The notes below the pieces were generated by a model. The model did no database searches. It worked only from the letters and a program-made list of their open reading frames with translations, and was not told the origin of the DNA. The position numbers were made by a program, and so were the translations under genes. Source: Squalus acanthias (taxonomy: Eukaryota). From it: DNA of 64,000 bases. Shown piece by piece: positions 24,601 through 40,007 of the stretch (position 1 is its first letter; every line of letters begins with the position of its first letter). The stretch covers positions 5,766,001 through 5,830,000 of the forward strand of contig JASTWF010000034.1 of the NCBI GenBank assembly GCA_030390025.1. The letters run 5' to 3'.

Positions 24601-27600
24601 AAATTGGGTATGATAACCAATACACAGGGTAAAACTGTCACAGTTAATTGTTAAATTGGGTATGATAACCAATACACAGGGTAAAACTGTCAGTTAATTG
24701 TTAAATTGGGTATGATAACCAATACACAGGGTAAAACTGTCACAGTTAATTGTTAAATTGGGTATGATAACCAATACACAGGGTAAAACTGTCACAGTTA
24801 ATTGTTAAATTGGGTATGATAACCAATACACAGGGTAAAACTGTCAGTTAATTGTTAAATTGGGTATGATAACCAATACACAGGGTAAAACTGTCACAGT
24901 TAATTGTTAAATTGGGTATGATAACCAATACACAGGGTAAAACTGTCACAGTTAATTGTTAAATTGGGTATGATAACCAATACACAGGGTAAAACTGTCA
25001 CAGTTAATTGTTAAATTGGGTATGATAACCAATACACAGGGTAAAACTGTCACAGTTAATTGTTAAATTGGGTATGATAACCAATACACAGGGTAAAACT
25101 GTCAGTTAATTGTTAAATTGGGTATGATAACCAATACACAGGGTAAAACTGTCAGTTAATTGTTAAATTGGGTATGATAACCAATACACAGGGTAAAACT
25201 GTCACAGTTAATTGTTAAATTGGGTATGATAACCAATACACAGGGTAAAACTGTCACAGTTAATTGTTAAATTGGGTATGATAACCAATACACAGGGTAA
25301 AACTGTCACAGTTAATTGTTAAATTGGGTATGATAACCAATACACAGGGTAAAACTGTCACAGTTAATTGTTAAATTGGGTATGATAACCAATACACAGG
25401 TAAAACTGTCACAGTTAATTGTTAAATTGGGTATGATAACCAATACACAGGGTAAAACTGTCACAGTTAATTGTTAAATTGGGTATGATAACCAATACAC
25501 AGGGTAAAACTGTCAGTTAATTGTTAAATTGGGTATGATAACCAATACACAGGGTAAAACTGTCACAGTTAATTGTTAAATTGGGTATGATAACCAATAC
25601 ACAGGGTAAAACTGTCAGTTAATTGTTAAATTGGGTATGATAACCAATACACAGGGTAAAACTGTCACAGTTAATTGTTAAATTGGGTATGATAACCAAT
25701 ACACAGGGTAAAACTGTCAGTTAATTGTTAAATTGGGTATGATAACCAATACACAGGGTAAAACTGTCAGTTAATTGTTAAATTGGGTATGATAACCAAT
25801 ACACAGGGTAAAACTGTCACAGTTAATTGTTAAATTGGGTATGATAACCAATACACAGGGTAAAACTGTCAGTTAATTGTTAAATTGGGTATGATAACCA
25901 ATACACAGGGTAAAACTGTCACAGTTAATTGTTAAATTGGGTATGATAACCAATACACAGGGTAAAACTGTCAGTTAATTGTTAAATTGGGTATGATAAC
26001 CAATACACAGGGTAAAACTGTCACAGTTAATTGTTAAATTGGGTATGATAACCAATACACAGGGTAAAACTGTCACAGTTAATTGTTAAATTGGGTATGA
26101 TAACCAATACACAGGGTAAAACTGTCAGTTAATTGTTAAATTGGGTATGATAACCAATACACAGGGTAAAACTGTCACAGTTAATTGTTAAATTGGGTAT
26201 GATAACCAATACACAGGGTAAAACTGTCACAGTTAATTGTTAAATTGGGTATGATAACCAATACACAGGGTAAAACTGTCACAGTTAATTGTTAAATTGG
26301 GTATGATAACCAATACACAGGGTAAAACTGTCAGTTAATTGTTAAATTGGGTATGATAACCAATACACAGGGTAAAACTGTCACAGTTAATTGTTAAATT
26401 GGGTATGATAACCAATACACAGGGTAAAACTGTCACAGTTAATTGTTAAATTGGGTATGATAACCAATACACAGGGTAAAACTGTCACAGTTAATTGTTA
26501 AATTGGGTATGATAACCAATACACAGGGTAAAACTGTCACAGTTAATTGTTAAATTGGGTATGATAACCAATACACAGGGTAAAACTGTCACAGTTAATT
26601 GTTAAATTGGGTATGATAACCAATACACAGGGTAAAACTGTCACAGTTAATTGTTAAATTGGGTATGATAACCAATACACAGGGTAAAACTGTCACAGTT
26701 AATTGTTAAATTGGGTATGATAACCAATACACAGGGTAAAACTGTCACAGTTAATTGTTAAATTGGGTATGATAACCAATACACAGGGTAAAACTGTCAG
26801 TTAATTGTTAAATTGGGTATGATAACCAATACACAGGGTAAAACTGTCACAGTTAATTGTTAAATTGGGTATGATAACCAATACACAGGGTAAAACTGTC
26901 ACAGTTAATTGTTAAATTGGGTATGATAACCAATACACAGGGTAAAACTGTCAGTTAATTGTTAAATTGGGTATGATAACCAATACACAGGGTAAAACTG
27001 TCACAGTTAATTGTTAAATTGGGTATGATAACCAATACACAGGGTAAAACTGTCAGTTAATTGTTAAATTGGGTATGATAACCAATACACAGGGTAAAAC
27101 TGTCACAGTTAATTGTTAAATTGGGTATGATAACCAATACACAGGGTAAAACTGTCAGTTAATTGTTAAATTGGGTATGATAACCAATACACAGGGTAAA
27201 ACTGTCAGTTAATTGTTAAATTGGGTATGATAACCAATACACAGGGTAAAACTGTCACAGTTAATTGTTAAATTGGGTATGATAACCAATACACAGGGTA
27301 AAACTGTCACAGTTAATTGTTAAATTGGGTATGATAACCAATACACAGGGTAAAACTGTCAGTTAATTGTTAAATTGGGTATGATAACCAATACACAGGG
27401 TAAAACTGTCACAGTTAATTGTTAAATTGGGTATGATAACCAATACACAGGGTAAAACTGTCAGTTAATTGTTAAATTGGGTATGATAACCAATACACAG
27501 GGTAAAACTGTCACAGTTAATTGTTAAATTGGGTATGATAACCAATACACAGGGTAAAACTGTCACAGTTAATTGTTAAATTGGGTATGATAACCAATAC

Positions 27601-30600
27601 ACAGGGTAAAACTGTCAGTTAATTGTTAAATTGGGTATGATAACCAATACACAGGGTAAAACTGTCACAGTTAATTGTTAAATTGGGTATGATAACCAAT
27701 ACACAGGGTAAAACTGTCAGTTAATTGTTAAATTGGGTATGATAACCAATACACAGGGTAAAACTGTCACAGTTAATTGTTAAATTGGGTATGATAACCA
27801 ATACACAGGGTAAAACTGTCAGTTAATTGTTAAATTGGGTATGATAACCAATACACAGGGTAAAACTGTCAGTTAATTGTTAAATTGGGTATGATAACCA
27901 ATACACAGGGTAAAACTGTCACAGTTAATTGTTAAATTGGGTATGATAACCAATACACAGGGTAAAACTGTCAGTTAATTGTTAAATTGGGTATGATAAC
28001 CAATACACAGGGTAAAACTGTCACAGTTAATTGTTAAATTGGGTATGATAACCAATACACAGGGTAAAACTGTCAGTTAATTGTTAAATTGGGTATGATA
28101 ACCAATACACAGGGTAAAACTGTCACAGTTAATTGTTAAATTGGGTATGATAACCAATACACAGGGTAAAACTGTCACAGTTAATTGTTAAATTGGGTAT
28201 GATAACCAATACACAGGGTAAAACTGTCACAGTTAATTGTTAAATTGGGTATGATAACCAATACACAGGGTAAAACTGTCACAGTTAATTGTTAAATTGG
28301 GTATGATAACCAATACACAGGGTAAAACTGTCACAGTTAATTGTTAAATTGGGTATGATAACCAATACACAGGGTAAAACTGTCACAGTTAATTGTTAAA
28401 TTGGGTATGATAACCAATACACAGGGTAAAACTGTCACAGTTAATTGTTAAATTGGGTATGATAACCAATACACAGGGTAAAACTGTCAGTTAATTGTTA
28501 AATTGGGTATGATAACCAATACACAGGGTAAAACTGTCACAGTTAATTGTTAAATTGGGTATGATAACCAATACACAGGGTAAAACTGTCACAGTTAATT
28601 GTTAAATTGGGTATGATAACCAATACACAGGGTAAAACTGTCAGTTAATTGTTAAATTGGGTATGATAACCAATACACAGGGTAAAACTGTCACAGTTAA
28701 TTGTTAAATTGGGTATGATAACCAATACACAGGGTAAAACTGTCAGTTAATTGTTAAATTGGGTATGATAACCAATACACAGGGTAAAACTGTCACAGTT
28801 AATTGTTAAATTGGGTATGATAACCAATACACAGGGTAAAACTGTCAGTTAATTGTTAAATTGGGTATGATAACCAATACACAGGGTAAAACTGTCAGTT
28901 AATTGTTAAATTGGGTATGATAACCAATACACAGGGTAAAACTGTCACAGTTAATTGTTAAATTGGGTATGATAACCAATACACAGGGTAAAACTGTCAG
29001 TTAATTGTTAAATTGGGTATGATAACCAATACACAGGGTAAAACTGTCACAGTTAATTGTTAAATTGGGTATGATAACCAATACACAGGGTAAAACTGTC
29101 ACAGTTAATTGTTAAATTGGGTATGATAACCAATACACAGGGTAAAACTGTCAGTTAATTGTTAAATTGGGTATGATAACCAATACACAGGGTAAAACTG
29201 TCACAGTTAATTGTTAAATTGGGTATGATAACCAATACACAGGGTAAAACTGTCAGTTAATTGTTAAATTGGGTATGATAACCAATACACAGGGTAAAAC
29301 TGTCACAGTTAATTGTTAAATTGGGTATGATAACCAATACACAGGGTAAAACTGTCACAGTTAATTGTTAAATTGGGTATGATAACCAATACACAGGGTA
29401 AAACTGTCAGTTAATTGTTAAATTGGGTATGATAACCAATACACAGGGTAAAACTGTCACAGTTAATTGTTAAATTGGGTATGATAACCAATACACAGGG
29501 TAAAACTGTCAGTTAATTGTTAAATTGGGTATGATAACCAATACACAGGGTAAAACTGTCACAGTTAATTGTTAAATTGGGTATGATAACCAATACACAG
29601 GGTAAAACTGTCAGTTAATTGTTAAATTGGGTATGATAACCAATACACAGGGTAAAACTGTCAGTTAATTGTTAAATTGGGTATGATAACCAATACACAG
29701 GGTAAAACTGTCACAGTTAATTGTTAAATTGGGTATGATAACCAATACACAGGGTAAAACTGTCAGTTAATTGTTAAATTGGGTATGATAACCAATACAC
29801 AGGGTAAAACTGTCACAGTTAATTGTTAAATTGGGTATGATAACCAATACACAGGGTAAAACTGTCACAGTTAATTGTTAAATTGGGTATGATAACCAAT
29901 ACACAGGGTAAAACTGTCACAGTTAATTGTTAAATTGGGTATGATAACCAATACACAGGGTAAAACTGTCACAGTTAATTGTTAAATTGGGTATGATAAC
30001 CAATACACAGGGTAAAACTGTCACAGTTAATTGTTAAATTGGGTATGATAACCAATACACAGGGTAAAACTGTCAGTTAATTGTTAAATTGGGTATGATA
30101 ACCAATACACAGGGTAAAACTGTCACAGTTAATTGTTAAATTGGGTATGATAACCAATACACAGGGTAAAACTGTCAGTTAATTGTTAAATTGGGTATGA
30201 TAACCAATACACAGGGTAAAACTGTCACAGTTAATTGTTAAATTGGGTATGATAACCAATACACAGGGTAAAACTGTCACAGTTAATTGTTAAATTGGGT
30301 ATGATAACCAATACACAGGGTAAAACTGTCACAGTTAATTGTTAAATTGGGTATGATAACCAATACACAGGGTAAAACTGTCACAGTTAATTGTTAAATT
30401 GGGTATGATAACCAATACACAGGGTAAAACTGTCAGTTAATTGTTAAATTGGGTATGATAACCAATACACAGGGTAAAACTGTCACAGTTAATTGTTAAA
30501 TTGGGTATGATAACCAATACACAGGGTAAAACTGTCACAGTTAATTGTTAAATTGGGTATGATAACCAATACACAGGGTAAAACTGTCAGTTAATTGTTA

Positions 30601-33600
30601 AATTGGGTATGATAACCAATACACAGGGTAAAACTGTCACAGTTAATTGTTAAATTGGGTATGATAACCAATACACAGGGTAAAACTGTCAGTTAATTGT
30701 TAAATTGGGTATGATAACCAATACACAGGGTAAAACTGTCACAGTTAATTGTTAAATTGGGTATGATAACCAATACACAGGGTAAAACTGTCAGTTAATT
30801 GTTAAATTGGGTATGATAACCAATACACAGGGTAAAACTGTCAGTTAATTGTTAAATTGGGTATGATAACCAATACACAGGGTAAAACTGTCACAGTTAA
30901 TTGTTAAATTGGGTATGATAACCAATACACAGGGTAAAACTGTCACAGTTAATTGTTAAATTGGGTATGATAACCAATACACAGGGTAAAACTGTCAGTT
31001 AATTGTTAAATTGGGTATGATAACCAATACACAGGGTAAAACTGTCACAGTTAATTGTTAAATTGGGTATGATAACCAATACACAGGGTAAAACTGTCAG
31101 TTAATTGTTAAATTGGGTATGATAACCAATACACAGGGTAAAACTGTCAGTTAATTGTTAAATTGGGTATGATAACCAATACACAGGGTAAAACTGTCAC
31201 AGTTAATTGTTAAATTGGGTATGATAACCAATACACAGGGTAAAACTGTCACAGTTAATTGTTAAATTGGGTATGATAACCAATACACAGGGTAAAACTG
31301 TCACAGTTAATTGTTAAATTGGGTATGATAACCAATACACAGGGTAAAACTGTCAGTTAATTGTTAAATTGGGTATGATAACCAATACACAGGGTAAAAC
31401 TGTCACAGTTAATTGTTAAATTGGGTATGATAACCAATACACAGGGTAAAACTGTCACAGTTAATTGTTAAATTGGGTATGATAACCAATACACAGGGTA
31501 AAACTGTTCAGTTAATTGTTAAATTGGGTATGATAACCAATACACAGGGTAAAACTGTCACAGTTAATTGTTAAATTGGGTATGATAACCAATACACAGG
31601 GTAAAACTGTCACAGTTAATTGTTAAATTGGGTATGATAACCAATACACAGGGTAAAACTGTCAGTTAATTGTTAAATTGGGTATGATAACCAATACACA
31701 GGGTAAAACTGTCAGTTAATTGTTAAATTGGGTATGATAACCAATACACAGGGTAAAACTGTCACAGTTAATTGTTAAATTGGTATGATAACCAATACAC
31801 AGGGTAAAACTGTCAGTTAATTGTTAAATTGGGTATGACATACCAATACACAGGGTAAAACTGTCAGTTAATTGTTAAATTGTTATATAACCAATACACA
31901 GAGTAAAACTGTCACAGTTAATTGTTAAATTGGGTATGATAACCAATACACAGGTAAAACTGTCAGTTCATTGTTAAATTGGGTATGATAACCAATACAC
32001 AGGGTAAAACTGTCACAGTTAATGGTTAAATTGGGTATGATAACCAATACACAGGGTAAAACTGTCACAGTTAATTGTTAACTTGGGTATGATAACCGAT
32101 ACACAGGGTAAAACTGTCACAGCTAATTGTTAAATTTGGTATGAAGACCAATACACAGGGTAAAACTGTCACAGTTAATTGTTAAATTGGGTATGATAAC
32201 CAATACACAGGGTAAAACTGTCACAGTTAATTGTTAAATTGGGTATGATAACCAATACACAGGGTAAAACTGTCACAGTTAATTGTTAAATTGGGTATGA
32301 TAACCAATACACAGGGTAAAACTGTCAGTTAATTGCTTACATTGGGTAACATAACAATACACAGGGTTAAACTGTGACAGTTAATTGTTAAATTGGTTAT
32401 GATAACCAATACACAGAGTAAAACTGTCACAGTTAATTGTTAAATTGGGTATGATAACCAATACACAGGGTAAAACTGTCAGTTCATTGTTAAATTGGGT
32501 ATGATAACCAATACACAGGGTAAAACTGTCACAGTTAATGGTTAAATTGGGTATGATAACCAATACACAGGGTAAAACTGTCAGTTAATTGTTAAATTGG
32601 GTATGATAACCAATACACAGGGTAAAACTGTCACAGGTAATTGTTAAATTGGGTATGATAACCAATACACAGGGTAAAACTGTCACAGTTAATTGTTAAA
32701 TTGGGTATGATAACCAATACACAGGGTAAAACTGTCAGTTAATTGTTAAATTGGGTATGATAACCAATACACAGGGTAAAACTGTCACAGTTAATTGTTA
32801 AATTGGTATGATAACCAATACACAGGGTAAAACTGTCACAGTTAATTGTTAAATTGGGTATGATAACCAATACACAGGGTAAAACTGTCAGTTAATTGTT
32901 AAATTGGGTATGATAACCAATACACAGGGTAAAACTGTCACAGTTAATTGTTAAATTGGGTATGATAACCAATACACAGGGTAAAACTGTCAGTTAATTG
33001 TTAAATTGGGTATGATAACCAATACACAGGGTAAAACTGTCAGTTAATTGTTAAATTGGGTATGATAACCAATACACAGGGTAAAACTGTCACAGTTAAT
33101 TGTTAAATTGGGTATGATAACCAATACACAGGGTAAAACTGTCACAGTTAATTGTTAAATTGGGTATGATAACCAATACACAGGGTAAAACTGTCACAGT
33201 TAATTGTTAAATTGGGTATGATAACCAATACACAGGGTAAAACTGTCACAGTTAATTGTTAAATTGGGTATGATAACCAATACACAGGGTAAAACTGTCA
33301 GTTAATTGTTAAATTGGGTATGATAACCAATACACAGGGTAAAACTGTCACAGTTAATTGTTAAATTGGGTATGATAACCAATACACAGGGTAAAACTGT
33401 CACAGTTAATTGTTAAATTGGGTATGATAACCAATACACAGGGTAAAACTGTCACAGTTAATTGTTAAATTGGGTATGATAACCAATACACAGGGTAAAA
33501 CTGTCAGTTAATTGTTAAATTGGGTATGATAACCAATACACAGGGTAAAACTGTCACAGTTAATTGTTAAATTGGTATGATAACCAATACACAGGGTAAA

Positions 33601-36600
33601 ACTGTCACAGTTAATTGTTAAATTGGGTATGATAACCAATACACAGGGTAAAACTGTCACAGTTAATTGTTAAATTGGGTATGATAACCAATACACAGGG
33701 TAAAACTGTCACAGTTAATTGTTAAATTGGGTATGATAACCAATACACAGGGTAAAACTGTCACAGTTAATTGTTAAATTGGGTATGATAACCAATACAC
33801 AGGGTAAAACTGTCAGTTAATTGTTAAATTGGGTATGATAACCAATACACAGGGTAAAACTGTCACAGTTAATTGTTAAATTGGGTATGATAACCAATAC
33901 ACAGGGTAAAACTGTCACAGTTAATTGTTAAATTGGGTATGATAACCAATACACAGGGTAAAACTGTCACAGTTAATTGTTAAATTGGGTATGATAACCA
34001 ATACACAGGGTAAAACTGTCACAGTTAATTGTTAAATTGGGTATGATAACCAATACACAGGGTAAAACTGTCACAGTTAATTGTTAAATTGGGTATGATA
34101 ACCAATACACAGGGTAAAACTGTCACAGTTAATTGTTAAATTGGGTATGATAACCAATACACAGGGTAAAACTGTCAGTTAATTGTTAAATTGGGTATGA
34201 TAACCAATACACAGGGTAAAACTGTCAGTTAATTGTTAAATTGGGTATGATAACCAATACACAGGGTAAAACTGTCACAGTTAATTGTTAAATTGGGTAT
34301 GATAACCAATACACAGGGTAAAACTGTCCAGTTAATTGTTAAATTGGGTATGATAACCAATACACAGGGTAAAACTGTCACAGGTAATTGTTAAATTGGG
34401 TATGATAACCAATACACAGGGTAAAACTGTCACAGTTAATTGTTAAATTGGGTATGATAACCAATACACAGGGTAAAACTGTCAGTTAATTGTTAAATTG
34501 GGTATGATAACCAATACACAGGGTAAAACTGTCACAGTTAATTGTTAAATTGGGTATGATAACCAATACACAGGGTAAAACTGTCAGTTAATTGTTAAAT
34601 TGGGTATGATAACCAATACACAGGGTAAAACTGTACAGTTAATTGTTAAATTGGGTATGATAACCAATACACAGGGTAAAACTGTCACAGTTAATTGTTA
34701 AATTGGGTATGATAACCAATACACAGGGTAAAACTGTCAGTTAATTGTTAAATTGGGTATGATAACCAATACACAGGGTAAAACTGTCACAGTTAATTGT
34801 TAAATTGGGTATGATAACCAATACACAGGGTAAAACTGTCACAGTTAATTGTTAAATTGGGTATGATAACCAATACACAGGGTAAAACTGTCACAGTTAA
34901 TTGTTAAATTGGGTATGATAACCAATACACAGGGTAAAACTGTCACAGTTAATTGTTAAATTGGGTATGATAACCAATACACAGGGTAAAACTGTCAGTT
35001 AATTGTTAAATTGGGTATGATAACCAATACACAGGGTAAAACTGTCACAGTTAATTGTTAAATTGGGTATGATAACCAATACACAGGGTAAAACTGTCAC
35101 AGTTAATTGTTAAATTGGGTATGATAACCAATACACAGGGTAAAACTGTCAGTTAATTGTTAAATTGGGTATGATAACCAATACACAGGGTAAAACTGTC
35201 ACAGTTAATTGTTAAATTGGGTATGATAACCAATACACAGGGTAAAACTGTCACAGTTAATTGTTAAATTGGGTATGATAACCAATACACAGGGTAAAAC
35301 TGTCACAGTTAATTGTTAAATTGGGTATGATAACCAATACACAGGGTAAAACTGTCACAGTTAATTGTTAAATTGGGTATGATAACCAATACACAGGGTA
35401 AAACTGTCACAGTTAATTGTTAAATTGGGTATGATAACCAATACACAGGGTAAAACTGTCACAGTTAATTGTTAAATTGGGTATGATAACCAATACACAG
35501 GGTAAAACTGTCACAGTTAATTGTTAAATTGGGTATGATAACCAATACACAGGGTAAAACTGTCAGTTAATTGTTAAATTGGGTATGATAACCAATACAC
35601 AGGGTAAAACTGTCACAGTTAATTGTTAAATTGGGTATGATAACCAATACACAGGGTAAAACTGTCACAGTTAATTGTTAAATTGGGTATGATAACCAAT
35701 ACACAGGGTAAAACTGTCACAGTTAATTGTTAAATTGGGTATGATAACCAATACACAGGGTAAAACTGTCAGTTAATTGTTAAATTGGGTATGATAACCA
35801 ATACACAGGGTAAAACTGTCACAGTTAATTGTTAAATTGGGTATGATAACCAATACACAGGGTAAAACTGTCAGTTAATTGTTAAATTGGGTATGATAAC
35901 CAATACACAGGGTAAAACTGTCAGTTAATTGTTAAATTGGGTATGATAACCAATACACAGGGTAAAACTGTCACAGTTAATTGTTAAATTGGGTATGATA
36001 ACCAATACACAGGGTAAAACTGTCAGTTAATTGTTAAATTGGGTATGATAACCAATACACAGGGTAAAACTGTCACAGTTAATTGTTAAATTGGTATGAT
36101 AACCAATACACAGGGTAAAACTGTCACAGTTAATTGTTAAATTGGGTATGATAACCAATACACAGGGTAAAACTGTCAGTTAATTGTTAAATTGGGTATG
36201 ATAACCAATACACAGGGTAAAACTGTCACAGTTAATTGTTAAATTGGGTATGATAACCAATACACAGGGTAAAACTGTCAGTTAATTGTTAAATTGGGTA
36301 TGATAACCAATACACAGGGTAAAACTGTCACAGTTAATTGTTAAATTGGGTATGATAACCAATACACAGGGTAAAACTGTCAGTTAATTGTTAAATTGGG
36401 TATGATAACCAATACACAGGGTAAAACTGTCACAGTTAATTGTTAAATTGGGTATGATAACCAATACACAGGGTAAAACTGTCACAGTTAATTGTTAAAT
36501 TGGGTATGATAACCAATACACAGGGTAAAACTGTCACAGTTAATTGTTAAATTGGGTATGATAACCAATACACAGGGTAAAACTGTCACAGTTAATTGTT

Positions 36601-39600
36601 AAATTGGGTATGATAACCAATACACAGGGTAAAACTGTCAGTTAATTGTTAAATTGGGTATGATAACCAATACACAGGGTAAAACTGTCAGTTAATTGTT
36701 AAATTGGGTATGATAACCAATACACAGGGTAAAACTGTCACTGGTAATTGTTAAATTGTGTATGATAACCAATACACAGGGTAAAACTGTCAGTTAATTG
36801 TTAAATTGGGAATGATAACCCATACACAGGGTAAAACTTTCACAGTTAATTGTTAAATTGGGTATGATAACCAATACACAGGGTAAAACTGTCACAGTTA
36901 ATTGTTAACTTGGGTATGATAACCAATACACAGGGTAAAATTGTCAGTTAATTGTTAAATTGGGTATGATAACCGATACACAGGGTAAAACTGTCACAGC
37001 TAATTGTTAAATTTGGTATGATAACCAATACACAGGGTAAAACTGTCACAGTTAATTGTTAAATTGGGTATGATAACCAATACACAGGGTAAAACTGTCA
37101 CAGTTAGTTGTTAAATTGGGTATGATAACCAATACACAGGGTAAAACTGTCACAGTTAATTGTTAAATTGGGTATGACAACCAATACACAGGGTAAAACT
37201 GTTAGTTAATGCTTAAATTGGGTAACATAATCAATACACAGGTTAAACCTGTGACAGTTAATTGTTAAATTGGTTATGATAACCAATACACAGAGTAAAA
37301 CTGTCACAGTTAATTGTTAAATTGGGTATGATAACCAATACACAGGGTAAAACTGTCAGTTCATTGTTAAATTGGGTATGATAACCAATACACAGGGTAA
37401 AACTGTCACAGTTAATGGTTAAATTGGGTATGATAACAAATACACAGGGTAAAACTGTCAGTTAATTGTTAAATTGCGTATGATACCCAATACACAGGGT
37501 AAAACTGTCACAGGTAATTGTTAAAGTCGGTATGATAACCAATACACAGGGTAAAACTGTCAGTTAATTGTTAAATTGGGTATGATAACCAATACATAGT
37601 GTAAAACTGTCAGGTAATTGTTAAATTGGGTTTGATAACCAATACACAGGGTAAAACTGTCACAGTTAATTGTTAAATTGTGTATGATAACCAATACACA
37701 GGGTAAAACTGTCACAGTTAATTGTTAAATTGGGTATGATAACCAATACACAGAGTAAAACTGTCAGGTAATTGTTAAATTGGGTATGATAACCAATACA
37801 CAGGGTAAAACTGTCACAGGTAATTGTTAAATTGGGTATGATAACCAATACACAGGGTAAAACTGTCAGTTAATTGTTAAATTGGGTATGATAACCAATA
37901 CACAGGGTAAAACTGTCAGTTAATTGTTAAATTGGGTATGATAACCAATACACAGTGTAAAACTGTCACTGGTAATTGTTAAATTTGGTATGATAACCAA
38001 TACACAGGGTAAAACTGTCACAGTTAATTGTTAAATTGGGTATGATAACCAATACACAGGGTAAAACTGTCACAGTTAATTGTTAAATTGGGTATGATAA
38101 CCAATACACAGGGTAAAACTGTCACAGTTAATTGTTAAATTGGGTATGACAACCAATACACAGGGTAAAACTGTTAGTTAATGCTTAAATTGGGTAACAT
38201 AATCAATACACAGGTTAAACCTGTCACAGTTAATTGTTAAATTGGTTATGATAACCAATACACAGAGTAAAACTGTCACAGTTAATTGTTAAATTGGGTA
38301 TGATAACCAATACACAGGGTAAAACTGTCAGTTCATTGTTAAATTGGGTATGATAACCAATACACAGGGTAAAACTGTCACAGTTAATGGTTAAATTGGG
38401 TATGATAACAAATACACAGGGTAAAACTGTCAGTTAATTGTTAAATTGCGTAAGATACCCAATACACAGGGTAAAACTGTCACAGGTAATTGTTAAATTG
38501 GGTATGATAACCAATACACAGGGTAAAACTGTCAGTTAATTGTTAAATTGGGTATGATAACCAATACATAGTGTAAAACTGTCAGGTAATTGTTAAATTG
38601 GGTTTGATAACCAATACACAGGGTAAAACTGTCATAGTTAATTGTTAAATTGTGTATGATAACCAATACACAGGGTAAAACTGTCACAGTTAATTGTTAA
38701 ATTGGGTATGATAACCAATACACAGAGTAAAACTGTCAGGTAATTGTTAAATTGGGTATGATAACCAATACACAGGGTAAAACTGTCACAGGTAATTGTT
38801 AAATTGGGTATGATAACCAATACACAGGGTAAAACTGTCAGTTAATTGTTAAATTGGGTATGATAACCAATACACAGGGTAAAACTGTCAGTTAATTGTT
38901 AAATTGGGTATGATAACCAATTCACAGGGTAAAACTGTCACTGGTAATTGTTAAATTGGGTATGATAACCAATACACAGAGTAAAACTTTCATAGTTAAC
39001 TGTTAAATTGGGTATGATAACCAATACACAGGGTAAAACTGTCACAGTTAATTGTTAACTTGGGTATGATAACCAATACACAGGGTAAAATTGTCAGTTA
39101 ATTGTTAAATTGGGTATGATAACCGATACACAGGGTAAAACTGTCACAGTTAATTGTTAAATTTGTTATGATAACCAATACACAGGGTAAAACTGTCACA
39201 GTTAATTGTTAAATTCGGTATGATAACCAATACACAGGGTAAAACTGTCAGTTAATTGTTAAATTTAGTATGATAACCAATACACAGGGTAAAACTTTCA
39301 CAGTTTATTGTTAAATTGGGTATGATAACCAATACACAGTGTAAACTGTCACAGTTAATTGTTAAATTGGATATGATAACAAATACACACGTTAAAACTG
39401 TCACAGTTAATTGTTAAATTGGGTATGATAACCAATACACAGGGTAATACTGTCACAGTTAATTGTTAAATTGTGTTTGATAACCAATACACAGGGTAAA
39501 ACTGTCAGTTAATTGTTAAATTGTGTATGATAACCAATACACAGGCTAAAACTGTCACAGTTAATTGTTAAATTGGGTATGATAACCAATACACAGGGTA

Positions 39601-39990
39601 AAACTGTTCGTTAATTGTTAAATTGGGTATGATAACCAATACACAGGGTAAAACTGTCACAGTTAATTGTGAAATTGGGTATGATAACCAATACACAAGG
39701 TAAAACTGTCAAAGTTAATTGTTAAATTGGGTATGATAACCAATACACAGGGTAAAACTGTCACAGTTAATTGTGAAATTGGGTATGATAACCAATACAC
39801 AGGGTAAAACAGTCAGTTAATTGTTAAATTTGGTATGATAACCAATACACATGCTAAAACTGTTACAGTAAATTGTTTAAATTGGTTATGATAACCAATA
39901 CACAGGGTAAAACTGCCGCAGTTAATTGTTAAATTGGGTATGATAGCCAATAAACAATGGTGTAAAGTTAATTGTTAATTCTTAAATTGG
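9614..39990 (+). repeat. ~30-kb AT-rich satellite of interspersed 50-bp and 52-bp monomers (about 590 units by length/period)
   Basis: Monomer ACCAATACACAGGGTAAAACTGTC(AC)AGTTAATTGTTAAATTGGGTATGATA. Near-invariant in the centre, more variable from ~36700 to the right edge. Confidence 0.99.
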
Positions 39991-40007
39991 AAATAAGCAA
40001 AACACAC

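Noticed and set aside
9789..38820. Short minus-strand ORFs in the satellite (MVIIPNLTINCDSF...)
   Set aside because: Chance read-through where variants remove stops; no coding signal.
6368..39990. CRISPR-like appearance of 31-bp and 50/52-bp repeats
   Set aside because: Units are head to tail without unique spacers, there are no cas genes, and the context is vertebrate.
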